From: an uncultured Bifidobacterium sp.
GTDB taxonomy: Bacteria > Actinomycetota > Acidimicrobiia > Acidimicrobiales > Ilumatobacteraceae
Length of the DNA: 54,754 nucleotides
Reading direction: 5' to 3'
Assembly: GCA_964638795.1 (NCBI GenBank)
Contig: CAZXAX010000001.1
Location: forward strand, 1-54,754
The notes under the pieces are model-generated. The model worked only from the letters and a program-made list of their open reading frames with translations. It ran no database searches and had not been told where the DNA came from. The translations under genes and the position numbers were made by a program. Positions 46,731 to 54,754 of the stretch are shown piece after piece. The stretch's first letter is position 1. Each line of letters opens with the position of its first letter.

Positions 46731-47251
46731 TGTCTTCCACTGTGGTTGAGGTTTTCTCGGCACAAGACGTAGCCAAGTCGATCACGCGCATTGCTCACGA
46801 AATTCTTGAACGAAATGCCGATGGCGAGACCCCGGTACTGATTGGTGTTCAGTCCGGTGGCACCTGGATTGCAAAGGCGATCAAGGAAGCACTCGATCGG
46901 ATCAAAATCGACAACGCGATTCTCTGCGGTGCGATTGATGCGGGAATGCATCGTGATGACATCGGAATGCGGCCAGTTGTGACAGCACACTCCTCCTCGA
47001 TACCTGTAGATCTTTCAGGGGCAACCGTGATCTTGGTGGACGACGTTCTGTTCACGGGGCGTACCGTGCGTGCGGCATTAGAAGCGCTAAACGACTACGG
47101 GAGACCACGTTGTGTGCAGCTTGCCGTTTTGGTTGATCGCGGTCACCGGGAATTACCGATTCGACCCGACTTCGTGGGTAAGAACATTCCCACCAAGGCG
47201 ACCGATGAAGTGTCGGTTAGTGCCGACGGGGTATTTGTTGAGGCCCGATGA
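46730..47251 (+). CDS. pyrR: bifunctional pyr operon regulator / uracil phosphoribosyltransferase PyrR
   Basis: 'ITRIAHEILERN' and the PRPP-binding motif 'VILVDDVLFTGRTVRAAL'. The start is ATG 46730 or GTG 46727. Confidence 0.93.
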   Translation: MSSTVVEVFSAQDVAKSITRIAHEILERNADGETPVLIGVQSGGTWIAKAIKEALDRIKIDNAILCGAIDAGMHRDDIGMRPVVTAHSSSIPVDLSGATVILVDDVLFTGRTVRAALEALNDYGRPRCVQLAVLVDRGHRELPIRPDFVGKNIPTKATDEVSVSADGVFVEAR

Positions 47252-48183
47252 AGCACTTTCTTGATATTGCCGATATCAGTCGGGACTCATTGATCGAGCT
47301 GCTCGATCTGACTGCAAATATGGCCGAGATCAATCGACGCCCGGTTCCTAAAGTTCCAGCTCTGCGGGGCAAAGTCGTCGCCACTGTTTTCTTTGAAGAC
47401 TCAACTCGTACCCGAATCAGTTTTGATACCGCAGCTAAACGACTGTCGGCTGATGTCATGGGCTTTACCGCTTCAGCCTCGAGCATCAACAAGGGTGAAA
47501 GCATCCGTGACACGATTGAAACCCTTGAGGCGATAGGTGTTGATGCCTTTGTGATCCGGCATAAGTCGGGTGGTGTTCCTGCAACTGTGACCAAGTGGTC
47601 AGATGCGTCGATCATCAATGCGGGGGACGGCGCCAATCAACACCCGACTCAGGCCCTTCTTGACAGCTACACGATTCGTGAGCACTTCGGTGGTCAAGAT
47701 CTCTCGGGTTTGCGCATTGCAATCGTTGGAGATGTTCGTCACTCGCGAGTTGCACGAAGCGATATCCAAGCGTTCACCAAACTCGGTGCTTCGGTAACAA
47801 TTGTTGGTCCATCGACCCTTTTGCCTAGTGACACCACCGGTTGGCCAGTCGAGTCGTGCCACGAGTTTGATTCGGTCATCGGCGATTCGGATGTGATTTA
47901 CATGCTGCGGCTTCAGCGCGAGCGGATGAATTCAGCGTTCGTTCCCTCGCTCGAGGAGTATGCGCAGAGATTTGGGCTCGACAAGTCCCGCGCCAACAGG
48001 ATGCGTGCTGGATCCGTTGTGATGCACCCAGGTCCCATGAACAGGGGAGTTGAGATGTGTGTTGATCCGGCTGGGATTTCCAATTCACTGATCCTGCGTC
48101 AGGTGACCAACGGAGTAAGTGCACGAATGGCAGTGCTGTTCAAACTGCTCGGTGCGGGTGGAATACCAGAGGGTGAGGGTTGA
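47248..48183 (+). CDS. pyrB: aspartate carbamoyltransferase catalytic subunit
   Basis: ATGA overlap with pyrR. 'FEDSTRTRISF' and 'HPTQALLD'. Confidence 0.96.
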   Translation: MKHFLDIADISRDSLIELLDLTANMAEINRRPVPKVPALRGKVVATVFFEDSTRTRISFDTAAKRLSADVMGFTASASSINKGESIRDTIETLEAIGVDAFVIRHKSGGVPATVTKWSDASIINAGDGANQHPTQALLDSYTIREHFGGQDLSGLRIAIVGDVRHSRVARSDIQAFTKLGASVTIVGPSTLLPSDTTGWPVESCHEFDSVIGDSDVIYMLRLQRERMNSAFVPSLEEYAQRFGLDKSRANRMRAGSVVMHPGPMNRGVEMCVDPAGISNSLILRQVTNGVSARMAVLFKLLGAGGIPEGEG

Positions 48184-48185
48184 AC

Positions 48186-49469
48186 ATGAATGTCTTAATT
48201 AAAAATGGTCGCATTGTTACGGCTTCGGGGGAACGTCTTGCAGATGTTCTGATTTCGGGCCCGATCGTTGCCGAAGTTGGCGCCAGCCTGTCGCCACCCG
48301 ATGGGTGCCAAGTACTCGATGCCTCTGGCTGTGTGGTCTCACCGGGATTTGTTGATCTTCACACGCACATGCGAGAGCCAGGCCGCGAAGAAGCGGAAAC
48401 CATTGAGACCGCAAGCCGTGCGGCGGCTAAAGGCGGGTACACCTGTGTGGTTGCGATGCCCAATACAGATCCTGCACAAGACACCGTCGCAGTTGTTGAG
48501 TTCGTGAAGTTGCAGGGTGAACGCGCGGGGCTCTGCGATGTCCGCCCATCCGGCTGTATAACGCTTGGGCGCCTCGGCGAAACCCTGGTGCCATTCGGTG
48601 CACTTCAAGCCGCAGGTGTTCATTTGTTCACCGATGATGGAACTGGTGTGCAGAACCACATGCTCATGAGGCGCGCAATGGAATATGCAAAAGATCTTGG
48701 AATCGTGCTTGCGCAGCATTGCGAAGTCGCATCTATGACTGAAGGTGCGGTCATGCACGAAGGTTCGTGCTGTTCACATCTTGGGCTGCCTGGATGGCCG
48801 GCGTTGGCCGAGGAGTTAATGGTCTATCGCGACATTGAACTGTGCCGAATCACTGGAGCGAGAGTGCATATCCTTCATCTTTCGACGGCACGGAGTGTCG
48901 AACTTGTTCGCGCCGCAAAAGCGGATGGGCTACCGATTACTGCTGAAGCAACACCGCATCACATCAGTCTCACTGATGAACAACTGCGTGGCTTTGACCC
49001 ATTGTTCAAGGTCAACCCTCCTCTACGCACCCGAGCCGATGTCGAAGCGTTAAAGCGCGGCCTAAAGGACGGGACCATTGATGCAATCGCCACCGATCAC
49101 GCACCGCATGCGCCGCACACAAAGGAGTTGGCCCTTGATGCCGCGCCGCCAGGGATGCTTGGCCTTGAGACGGCTCTCGGAGTGGTCTTGGCAGAGACGG
49201 ACCTCAGCTTGGCTGAAGTGATTGATCGAATGTCCGTTGCGCCAGCACGAATCGCTGGTGTGGCAGACCAACACGGATGTGAAGTCGCTGCAGGGTCGCC
49301 GGCGAATATCACGGTGTTTGATCCCGAAATCACATGGAGTGTGGTGCCCGAAGAACTCGCCAGTAAAAGCCGCAACACACCCTATGTAGGGCGCACATTG
49401 AAAGGTCGTGTACGTCACACGATTCTGCGTGGCGAAGCGGTGGTAATAGATGGAGAAGCTAAGAAATGA
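48186..49469 (+). CDS. pyrC: dihydroorotase
   Basis: 'FVDLHTHMREPG' HxH metal site. ATG 48186 lies downstream of a GAGGG run; TTG 48180 is an alternative start. Confidence 0.94.
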   Translation: MNVLIKNGRIVTASGERLADVLISGPIVAEVGASLSPPDGCQVLDASGCVVSPGFVDLHTHMREPGREEAETIETASRAAAKGGYTCVVAMPNTDPAQDTVAVVEFVKLQGERAGLCDVRPSGCITLGRLGETLVPFGALQAAGVHLFTDDGTGVQNHMLMRRAMEYAKDLGIVLAQHCEVASMTEGAVMHEGSCCSHLGLPGWPALAEELMVYRDIELCRITGARVHILHLSTARSVELVRAAKADGLPITAEATPHHISLTDEQLRGFDPLFKVNPPLRTRADVEALKRGLKDGTIDAIATDHAPHAPHTKELALDAAPPGMLGLETALGVVLAETDLSLAEVIDRMSVAPARIAGVADQHGCEVAAGSPANITVFDPEITWSVVPEELASKSRNTPYVGRTLKGRVRHTILRGEAVVIDGEAKK

Positions 49470-50557
49470 CACGAGCAAAAATCGCTGAAGGTGCATTGGT
49501 GTTGGCCAATGGTGACGTCTTCGAAGGCGACATCATTGGAGCATTACCTGCAGACGGCATCTCAAGTGGGGAAGTGGTGTTCAACACCGTGTTGTCCGGG
49601 TATCAGGAAGTCATCACTGATCCGTCTTATGCGGGCCAGATCCTGACCTTTACATATCCCCACATCGGGAACTACGGCACCACACCGACAGACAACGAAT
49701 CCGCAAAACCAGCAACGCGTGGGGTGATTATTCGCGAACTCGCACGCCGACCCAGTAACTGGCGAAGCGAAGAAGGTTTGCCGGAGATGCTTGCACGTCT
49801 CGGCATTGCTGGAATCGCTGGAGTTGATACCCGGCGACTGACTCGAGTTTTGCGTGATGTGGGCGCGATGCCGGGAGCGTTTGGCACCGCATCCGTGAGC
49901 GAGCTTCTCGCTGCCGCCCAAAACGAGCCGGGAACGTCTGGAATAAATCTTGTTGAGACCGTCTCAACTGCAAAGCCGTACTCATTTGGAACTGGCAAAT
50001 TGCGTGTGGTCGCCTATGACTTTGGCATCAAAACCACGATCTTGCGTTGCCTCGGTGAGATAGCAACGGTTGAAGTTGTCCCGTGGAATGAGTCGGCAAC
50101 TGATGTGCTGGGCCGTAAACCAGATGGGGTGTTTTTGTCCAACGGTCCGGGCGACCCCGAGATGGTGGCTGGCGCGCCAGATGCAATTCGAGCACTGGTT
50201 GAATCGGGAGTGCCTGTGTTTGGAATCTGTCTTGGCCATCAGTTGCTGTCATTAGCAATGGGCGGGCACACATTTAAATTGCCATTCGGTCACCATGGGG
50301 GAAACCACCCAGTGCGCAACTTACGCACACGTACGGTTGAGATCACGAGCCAGAACCACAACTACTGCGTCGATGCAGATTCACTTTCCAGCGTGGCCGA
50401 CATCACGCATGTGAATCTGAACGATCAAACAAATGAAGGAATGAAAGTGCGAAACACTCGAGCGTTCTCGGTTCAATATCACCCCGAGGCGGGTCCGGGT
50501 CCGCATGACAGCAGATACCTATTTGCAGAGTTTGCAGAAATGATGAAGGGCTCCTGA
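49466..50557 (+). CDS. carA: carbamoyl-phosphate synthase small (glutaminase) subunit
   Basis: ATGA overlap with pyrC. Cys nucleophile 'GICLGHQLL'. Confidence 0.96.
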   Translation: MTRAKIAEGALVLANGDVFEGDIIGALPADGISSGEVVFNTVLSGYQEVITDPSYAGQILTFTYPHIGNYGTTPTDNESAKPATRGVIIRELARRPSNWRSEEGLPEMLARLGIAGIAGVDTRRLTRVLRDVGAMPGAFGTASVSELLAAAQNEPGTSGINLVETVSTAKPYSFGTGKLRVVAYDFGIKTTILRCLGEIATVEVVPWNESATDVLGRKPDGVFLSNGPGDPEMVAGAPDAIRALVESGVPVFGICLGHQLLSLAMGGHTFKLPFGHHGGNHPVRNLRTRTVEITSQNHNYCVDADSLSSVADITHVNLNDQTNEGMKVRNTRAFSVQYHPEAGPGPHDSRYLFAEFAEMMKGS

Positions 50558-53500
50558 TGCCAAAGAGAACTGATCTCGAATCAATCTTGATAATTGGCTC
50601 TGGTCCAATTGTCATCGGCCAAGCCTGTGAGTTTGATTACTCGGGCACTCAGGCATGCAGAGTGTTGCGAACAGAGGGGTACCGGGTGATCCTCGCAAAC
50701 TCCAATCCTGCAACGATCATGACTGATCCCGATTTTGCGGATCGAACCTACATAGAACCACTTACGCCCGACATGCTCGCACGGATCATTGATCGCGAAA
50801 AGCCTGATGCGGTTCTGCCAACTCTGGGCGGGCAGACGGGATTAAACCTCGCGATGGCTCTTCACGGGAAAGGGCTAGTGGGTGTTCCCGGCACGCCAGA
50901 GTTGATTGGTGCCAACGCTGAAGCAATTGCCACAGCAGAAGATCGGGAACTCTTCAAGCGAGCGATGATTGAGATCGGTCTCGATGTTCCTCTCAGTGGC
51001 ACCGCACACAACGTTGATGAGGCAATCGCAGTAGTGGAACGCATTGGTCTTCCAGTCATTATTCGACCCGCTTACATTCTCGGTGGTCGTGGCACTGGCA
51101 TTGCCTCAACGATGGATGAGTTCAAGCATCTTGCAGCGTTGGGATTGGAGGCGAGTCCGATCCGAGAAATACTCGTTGAGTCGTCCATTGTCGGCTGGAA
51201 AGAGTACGAACTCGAGGTCATGCGTGATCGGGCCGATAATTGTGTGATCATCTGCTCAATTGAGAACGTTGACCCGATGGGTGTGCACACTGGCGACTCA
51301 ATCACGGTTGCGCCAGCACAAACGCTTTCTGATGTTGAGTACCAAAAGATGCGCGATGCTGCCTTCGCTTGCATTCGCCGCGTCGGAGTGGAGACCGGTG
51401 GATCCAACGTGCAGTTTGCTCTCAATCCAGCCAATGGTGACCAAGTAGTGATTGAGATGAATCCCCGTGTGTCGCGTTCCTCGGCTTTGGCGTCAAAGGC
51501 AACAGGATTCCCAATCGCCAAGATCGCCGCTCGCTTGGCAGTTGGATACACACTGGATGAAATTCCAAACGACATCACGAAAAAGACCCCCGCCAGTTTT
51601 GAGCCGACCATTGACTATGTGGTGACCAAAATTCCTCGTTGGGCATTTGAAAAACTGCCAGGGACCAGCGGAGTTCTGGGTACACAAATGCAAAGTGTGG
51701 GTGAGGCGATGGCGATTGGACGAACCTTCACCGAGTCTTTGCAGAAGGGGCTCCGGTCACTGGAACAGGGTCGACTCGGCCTCAATGCCGATCCCGGGGA
51801 AAAGAATTATGACTCGCTGTCCGATGACGAGCTCTTGAAGCGCGTTGGCATCCCGACTCCTGAAAGGCTCTTCTATGTTGCTGAGGCGATTCGCCGAGGT
51901 CACTCCCTGGAAATTATTCATGACATCTGCAAGATAGATCCATGGTTTTTGGACCAGATGTTGATGTTGGTGGAGGAACGCGACTGGATCAGCCAAAACG
52001 CTGGTGGACTCAGCAAGCGTGATTGGAGGCGAATCAAGAGACTCGGTTTCTCAGATGCCCAAATCGCGTACCTCTGGAGCGCAACCGAAGAAGCAGTTCG
52101 TGCCGAACGCGAAACCGCGGGAGTCATACCCACCTACAAGACCGTTGATACCTGCTCGGCTGAGTTTGATGCCGAAACGCCATACCACTATTCGACATAT
52201 GAAGACACCACCGAAGTGCGTGAATCAGATCGCCAACGAGTGATCATTCTGGGCTCGGGCCCAAATCGCATCGGTCAAGGAATTGAATTCGACTACTGCT
52301 GTGTGCACGCAAGTTTCGCGTTACGCGATGCAGGCTTTGAAACCGTAATGGTGAATTGCAACCCCGAAACAGTGTCCACCGACTACGACACATCAGATCG
52401 TCTCTACTTTGAGCCGCTCACCAAAGAAGACGTGCTCAATGTGATCGCAGCTGAAACTGCAGCTGCGGGTGGCAAGAAACCCAAAGTGATCGTGTCGCTT
52501 GGTGGGCAGACGCCACTCAAACTTTCAGGTCAGATCCCAGCGGATCTGATTGCAGGAACTTCACCAACATCGATTGATCTTGCTGAAGATCGGGAAAAAT
52601 GGAACTCGCTTTGTGCATCTTTGTCCATCCCGCAACCTCCAGGTGGAACCGCCACAACGTTTGACGAAGCATTAGCCATCGCCCGCACCATTGGTTATCC
52701 GGTTTTGGTGCGTCCTAGTTATGTGCTCGGTGGTCGTGCGATGCAGATCGTCCATGATGATTCGCATCTTCAACGCGCAATGGCTGAACTCGCCTCGTTT
52801 GGCAGTCTCGGCAAGGAGGGTGGCCTTTCGGCCGAACGCCCAGTTTTGGTTGACCGCTTCTTGGAAGATGCAACCGAAGTTGATGTCGATGCGATTCGCG
52901 ACCACACGGGCGAGGTGATGATCGGCGGTGTGATGGAACACGTTGAAGAAGCTGGTGTTCACAGCGGTGACTCGGCTTGTGCGATCCCGCCTCAGACGCT
53001 GCCTTCGTGGGTTGTGGAAGTTATTGAGTCATACACGCGGGCGATCGCAGAAGCTTTGGATGTGCGTGGCCTAATCAACGTTCAGTACGCAGTTTCGGGA
53101 ACCACGGTTTATGTCATTGAGGCCAACCCACGCGCCAGTAGGACGGTTCCTTTCGTGGCAAAGGCAATTGGTATTCCACTGGCCAAAGTTGCGAGTCGAG
53201 TGATGCTTGGAGCCACACTCTCTGAACTCCGTAGCGAAGGCTTGATCAAGCCCCTAGTTGGGGCGAACCATGTGGCGGTTAAAGAAGCTGTAATGCCATT
53301 CAACCGTTTTCCTGAAGTTGACACCGCGCTTGGGCCAGAGATGCGCTCAACCGGTGAAGTCATGGGCATTGACTCCACATTCGGGCGGGCGTTCGTCAAG
53401 GCCGAGACGGCCGCTGGTACGAATTTGCCAGAATCTGGGCTTGTCTTTTTGTCTCTGGCGGACCGAGACAAGCCTGCAGGCATTGTGGTGGCCAAGCGCT

Positions 53501-53847
53501 TGCGCGAGCTCGGTCTCGGCGTGGCGGCTACCGCTGGTACTGCGAAATATCTGGAGAATTTTGGTGTCAAAGTAGACACCGTGGTCGCAAAACTCTCCGA
53601 GATTGGTGATGGTGAGGCGCCAAACGCAATTGATTTGATCAAGAGTGGTGAGGTGAGCTTCGTAGTTAACACGCCGCGTGGTGGTGGTTCTCGATCTGAT
53701 GGTCAGGCAATTCGCATGGCGGCAAACACTCATCGCGTGTCAAGCGTGACCACAGTGGAGGCTGCTCTTGCTGCGGTTCATGGTCTGGCAGAGCAAAAAG
53801 ACACCGAAGTGGTGGTCCGCTCACTGCAGGAGTACCACGGCCGATGA
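50557..53847 (+). CDS. carB: carbamoyl-phosphate synthase large subunit
   Basis: 1096 aa. Duplicated ATP-grasp halves plus a C-terminal MGS-like domain. TGATG junction with carA. Confidence 0.98.
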   Translation: MPKRTDLESILIIGSGPIVIGQACEFDYSGTQACRVLRTEGYRVILANSNPATIMTDPDFADRTYIEPLTPDMLARIIDREKPDAVLPTLGGQTGLNLAMALHGKGLVGVPGTPELIGANAEAIATAEDRELFKRAMIEIGLDVPLSGTAHNVDEAIAVVERIGLPVIIRPAYILGGRGTGIASTMDEFKHLAALGLEASPIREILVESSIVGWKEYELEVMRDRADNCVIICSIENVDPMGVHTGDSITVAPAQTLSDVEYQKMRDAAFACIRRVGVETGGSNVQFALNPANGDQVVIEMNPRVSRSSALASKATGFPIAKIAARLAVGYTLDEIPNDITKKTPASFEPTIDYVVTKIPRWAFEKLPGTSGVLGTQMQSVGEAMAIGRTFTESLQKGLRSLEQGRLGLNADPGEKNYDSLSDDELLKRVGIPTPERLFYVAEAIRRGHSLEIIHDICKIDPWFLDQMLMLVEERDWISQNAGGLSKRDWRRIKRLGFSDAQIAYLWSATEEAVRAERETAGVIPTYKTVDTCSAEFDAETPYHYSTYEDTTEVRESDRQRVIILGSGPNRIGQGIEFDYCCVHASFALRDAGFETVMVNCNPETVSTDYDTSDRLYFEPLTKEDVLNVIAAETAAAGGKKPKVIVSLGGQTPLKLSGQIPADLIAGTSPTSIDLAEDREKWNSLCASLSIPQPPGGTATTFDEALAIARTIGYPVLVRPSYVLGGRAMQIVHDDSHLQRAMAELASFGSLGKEGGLSAERPVLVDRFLEDATEVDVDAIRDHTGEVMIGGVMEHVEEAGVHSGDSACAIPPQTLPSWVVEVIESYTRAIAEALDVRGLINVQYAVSGTTVYVIEANPRASRTVPFVAKAIGIPLAKVASRVMLGATLSELRSEGLIKPLVGANHVAVKEAVMPFNRFPEVDTALGPEMRSTGEVMGIDSTFGRAFVKAETAAGTNLPESGLVFLSLADRDKPAGIVVAKRLRELGLGVAATAGTAKYLENFGVKVDTVVAKLSEIGDGEAPNAIDLIKSGEVSFVVNTPRGGGSRSDGQAIRMAANTHRVSSVTTVEAALAAVHGLAEQKDTEVVVRSLQEYHGR

Positions 53848-54754
53848 GCGGACGCCGGTTCCGCTCACATCGCTGGATGCGCCAGCATGAGTCGTCCTTG
53901 TCTTCGCTTGGTGGTGTTGAAGTAGGCGGAGTGCAACTCTCGTCGCCGGTGATGACCGCTTCTGGAACCGCAGGGCACGCCAATGAGCTTGGCTCATATT
54001 TCGACACATCACTGCTCGGCGCGATGGTGGTTAAGTCTTTGAGCGCGCAGCCCTGGGCTGGAAACGCATCGCCACGAGTACATCCCACACCAGCTGGAAT
54101 GATTAACGCAGTAGGTCTACAGGGCCCGGGCGTGAATGATTGGTTGAAAGATGATCTGCCGGCACTGGTCGCAGCAGGTGCGCGTGTCGTGGTGAGTGTG
54201 TGGGGTCGCAGCGTTGACGAATACGCCGAAGCAGCGCGGATGCTCGCAGTTGCGGTGCCTCCGCAGGTAGTCGCACTTGAAGTGAATCTTTCGTGTCCGA
54301 ACCTTGAGGGTCGGCGGGGAATATTTGCCCATGATGCGGAATTGTCAGCCGAAGTTGTTGCCGCGTGTTCCGTGGCACGCTTGCCAATGTGGGCAAAACT
54401 CAGCCCAAATACTGACCGTGTGGTTGAAGTTGCTAGCGCAGTCCGCGAGGCTGGCGCAGTCGCCGTAACACTGATTAATACGGCGCTTGGCATGGTGATT
54501 GATGTTGAATCAGGCAAGCCGGTTCTTGGTAACGGTGGAGGAGGGCTATCGGGTGCGGCGATCCATCCAATCGCCGTGCGCACTGTCCACGACGTTCACC
54601 AAGCGATCCCGCAACTCGACATCATTGGAGTTGGTGGAGTGCGCAACGGTGTTGACGCAATTGAACTCATGATGGCAGGCGCCAAGGCTGTGCAAGTTGG
54701 AACTGCCACGTTTGCCGATCCGTATGCCTCAATTCGTGTGGCGGACGAAATGGT
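53844..54754 (+). CDS. pyrD: dihydroorotate dehydrogenase, class 1 type (Cys catalytic base), 3'-truncated at window edge
   Basis: This ORF is not in the ORF track because it has no stop. My own translation is open from ATG 53844 (ATGA overlap with carB) to the window end. It contains '[10 protein letters not shown]', 'EVNLSCPN' and '[12 protein letters not shown]'. ATG 53877 is an alternative start. Confidence 0.88.
   Translation, partial: MSGRRFRSHRWMRQHESSLSSLGGVEVGGVQLSSPVMTASGTAGHANELGSYFDTSLLGAMVVKSLSAQPWAGNASPRVHPTPAGMINAVGLQGPGVNDWLKDDLPALVAAGARVVVSVWGRSVDEYAEAARMLAVAVPPQVVALEVNLSCPNLEGRRGIFAHDAELSAEVVAACSVARLPMWAKLSPNTDRVVEVASAVREAGAVAVTLINTALGMVIDVESGKPVLGNGGGGLSGAAIHPIAVRTVHDVHQAIPQLDIIGVGGVRNGVDAIELMMAGAKAVQVGTATFADPYASIRVADEM

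Noticed and set aside
53666-54583. 305-aa ORF on the minus strand, the longest unassigned ORF in the track.
   Set aside because: It lies entirely antisense to the pyrD-like gene, which has clear class 1 DHODH motifs on the + strand. Its product is Ala/Ser/Thr/Pro/Arg-rich with no motifs. This is a typical stop-poor shadow frame in GC-biased coding DNA.
53844-54754. A class 1 (Cys-type) DHODH directly after carB with no pyrK in between. I considered this as an unusual pyrimidine operon layout.
   Set aside because: As I recall, the same carB-pyrD(-pyrF) order occurs in Streptomyces. The gene is truncated by the window edge and any pyrK could lie downstream. There is not enough here to call it unusual.
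1-54754. Search by eye for tRNA, rRNA or tmRNA genes, CRISPR repeats, IS elements or transposases, integrases, toxin-antitoxin pairs, restriction-modification or other defence genes, AT-rich islands and long direct or inverted repeats.
   Set aside because: Nothing was found. Apart from the nusB-pyrR spacer, no spacer exceeds 96 nt. Every long ORF has a housekeeping assignment except two small hypotheticals. The only repeats are in-frame Thr-codon tracts. A real tRNAscan, cmscan or repeat-finder run would be needed to be definitive.

Overview
This 54.8-kb window is a mid-GC (mid-50s % by eye), very densely packed stretch of conserved housekeeping genes from an actinobacterium (class Actinomycetes). 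The taxonomic call is an inference from several signature genes:
- mshC (mycothiol ligase)
- an InhA-type fabI
- the proteasome activator bpa
- the thrS-HIT-pgsA1-patA-pimA phosphatidylinositol-mannoside cluster

I call 53 protein-coding genes, 51 of them on the + strand. In order they are: lspA', rluD, rrf2(-), an alkaline-phosphatase-family gene, bpa, dnaE, a hypothetical, a nitroreductase, fabI(-), npdG, mshC, thrS, HIT, a membrane protein, pgsA1, patA, pimA, lemA, htpX, a DUF3048 lipoprotein, pdxS, pdxT, yebC, bcp, ruvCAB, queA, tgt, yajC, secDF, rel, hisS, aspS, rarA, alaS, ruvX, mltG, aroE-C-K-B-Q, an M24 peptidase, efp, nusB, pyrR-pyrB-pyrC-carA-carB and pyrD'.

By my gene calls only about 800 nt (about 1.5%) is non-coding, and roughly 20 gene junctions overlap (ATGA, GTGA or TGATG). 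I found no rRNA, tRNA, CRISPR array, transposase, integrase, prophage or defence-type gene, and no compositional island I can detect by eye. My assessment is that this is an ordinary core region, not an accessory island.

The most interesting item is the only sizeable gap, nusB-pyrR (159 nt). It stacks a PyrR-box-like hairpin, a perfect Shine-Dalgarno (SD) sequence, a 31-codon leader ORF that reads through an intrinsic terminator, and stop/start coupling to pyrR.

Secondary leads:
- a LexA-box-like palindrome fused to a -10 element in front of ruvC
- a RecA-NDp/PafBC-type promoter motif in front of dnaE
- a 14x Thr tract inside SecD
- an uncharacterisable 219-aa protein after dnaE
- retention of queA-tgt between ruvB and yajC

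All regulatory calls are pattern matches made by eye and need computation or experiment.
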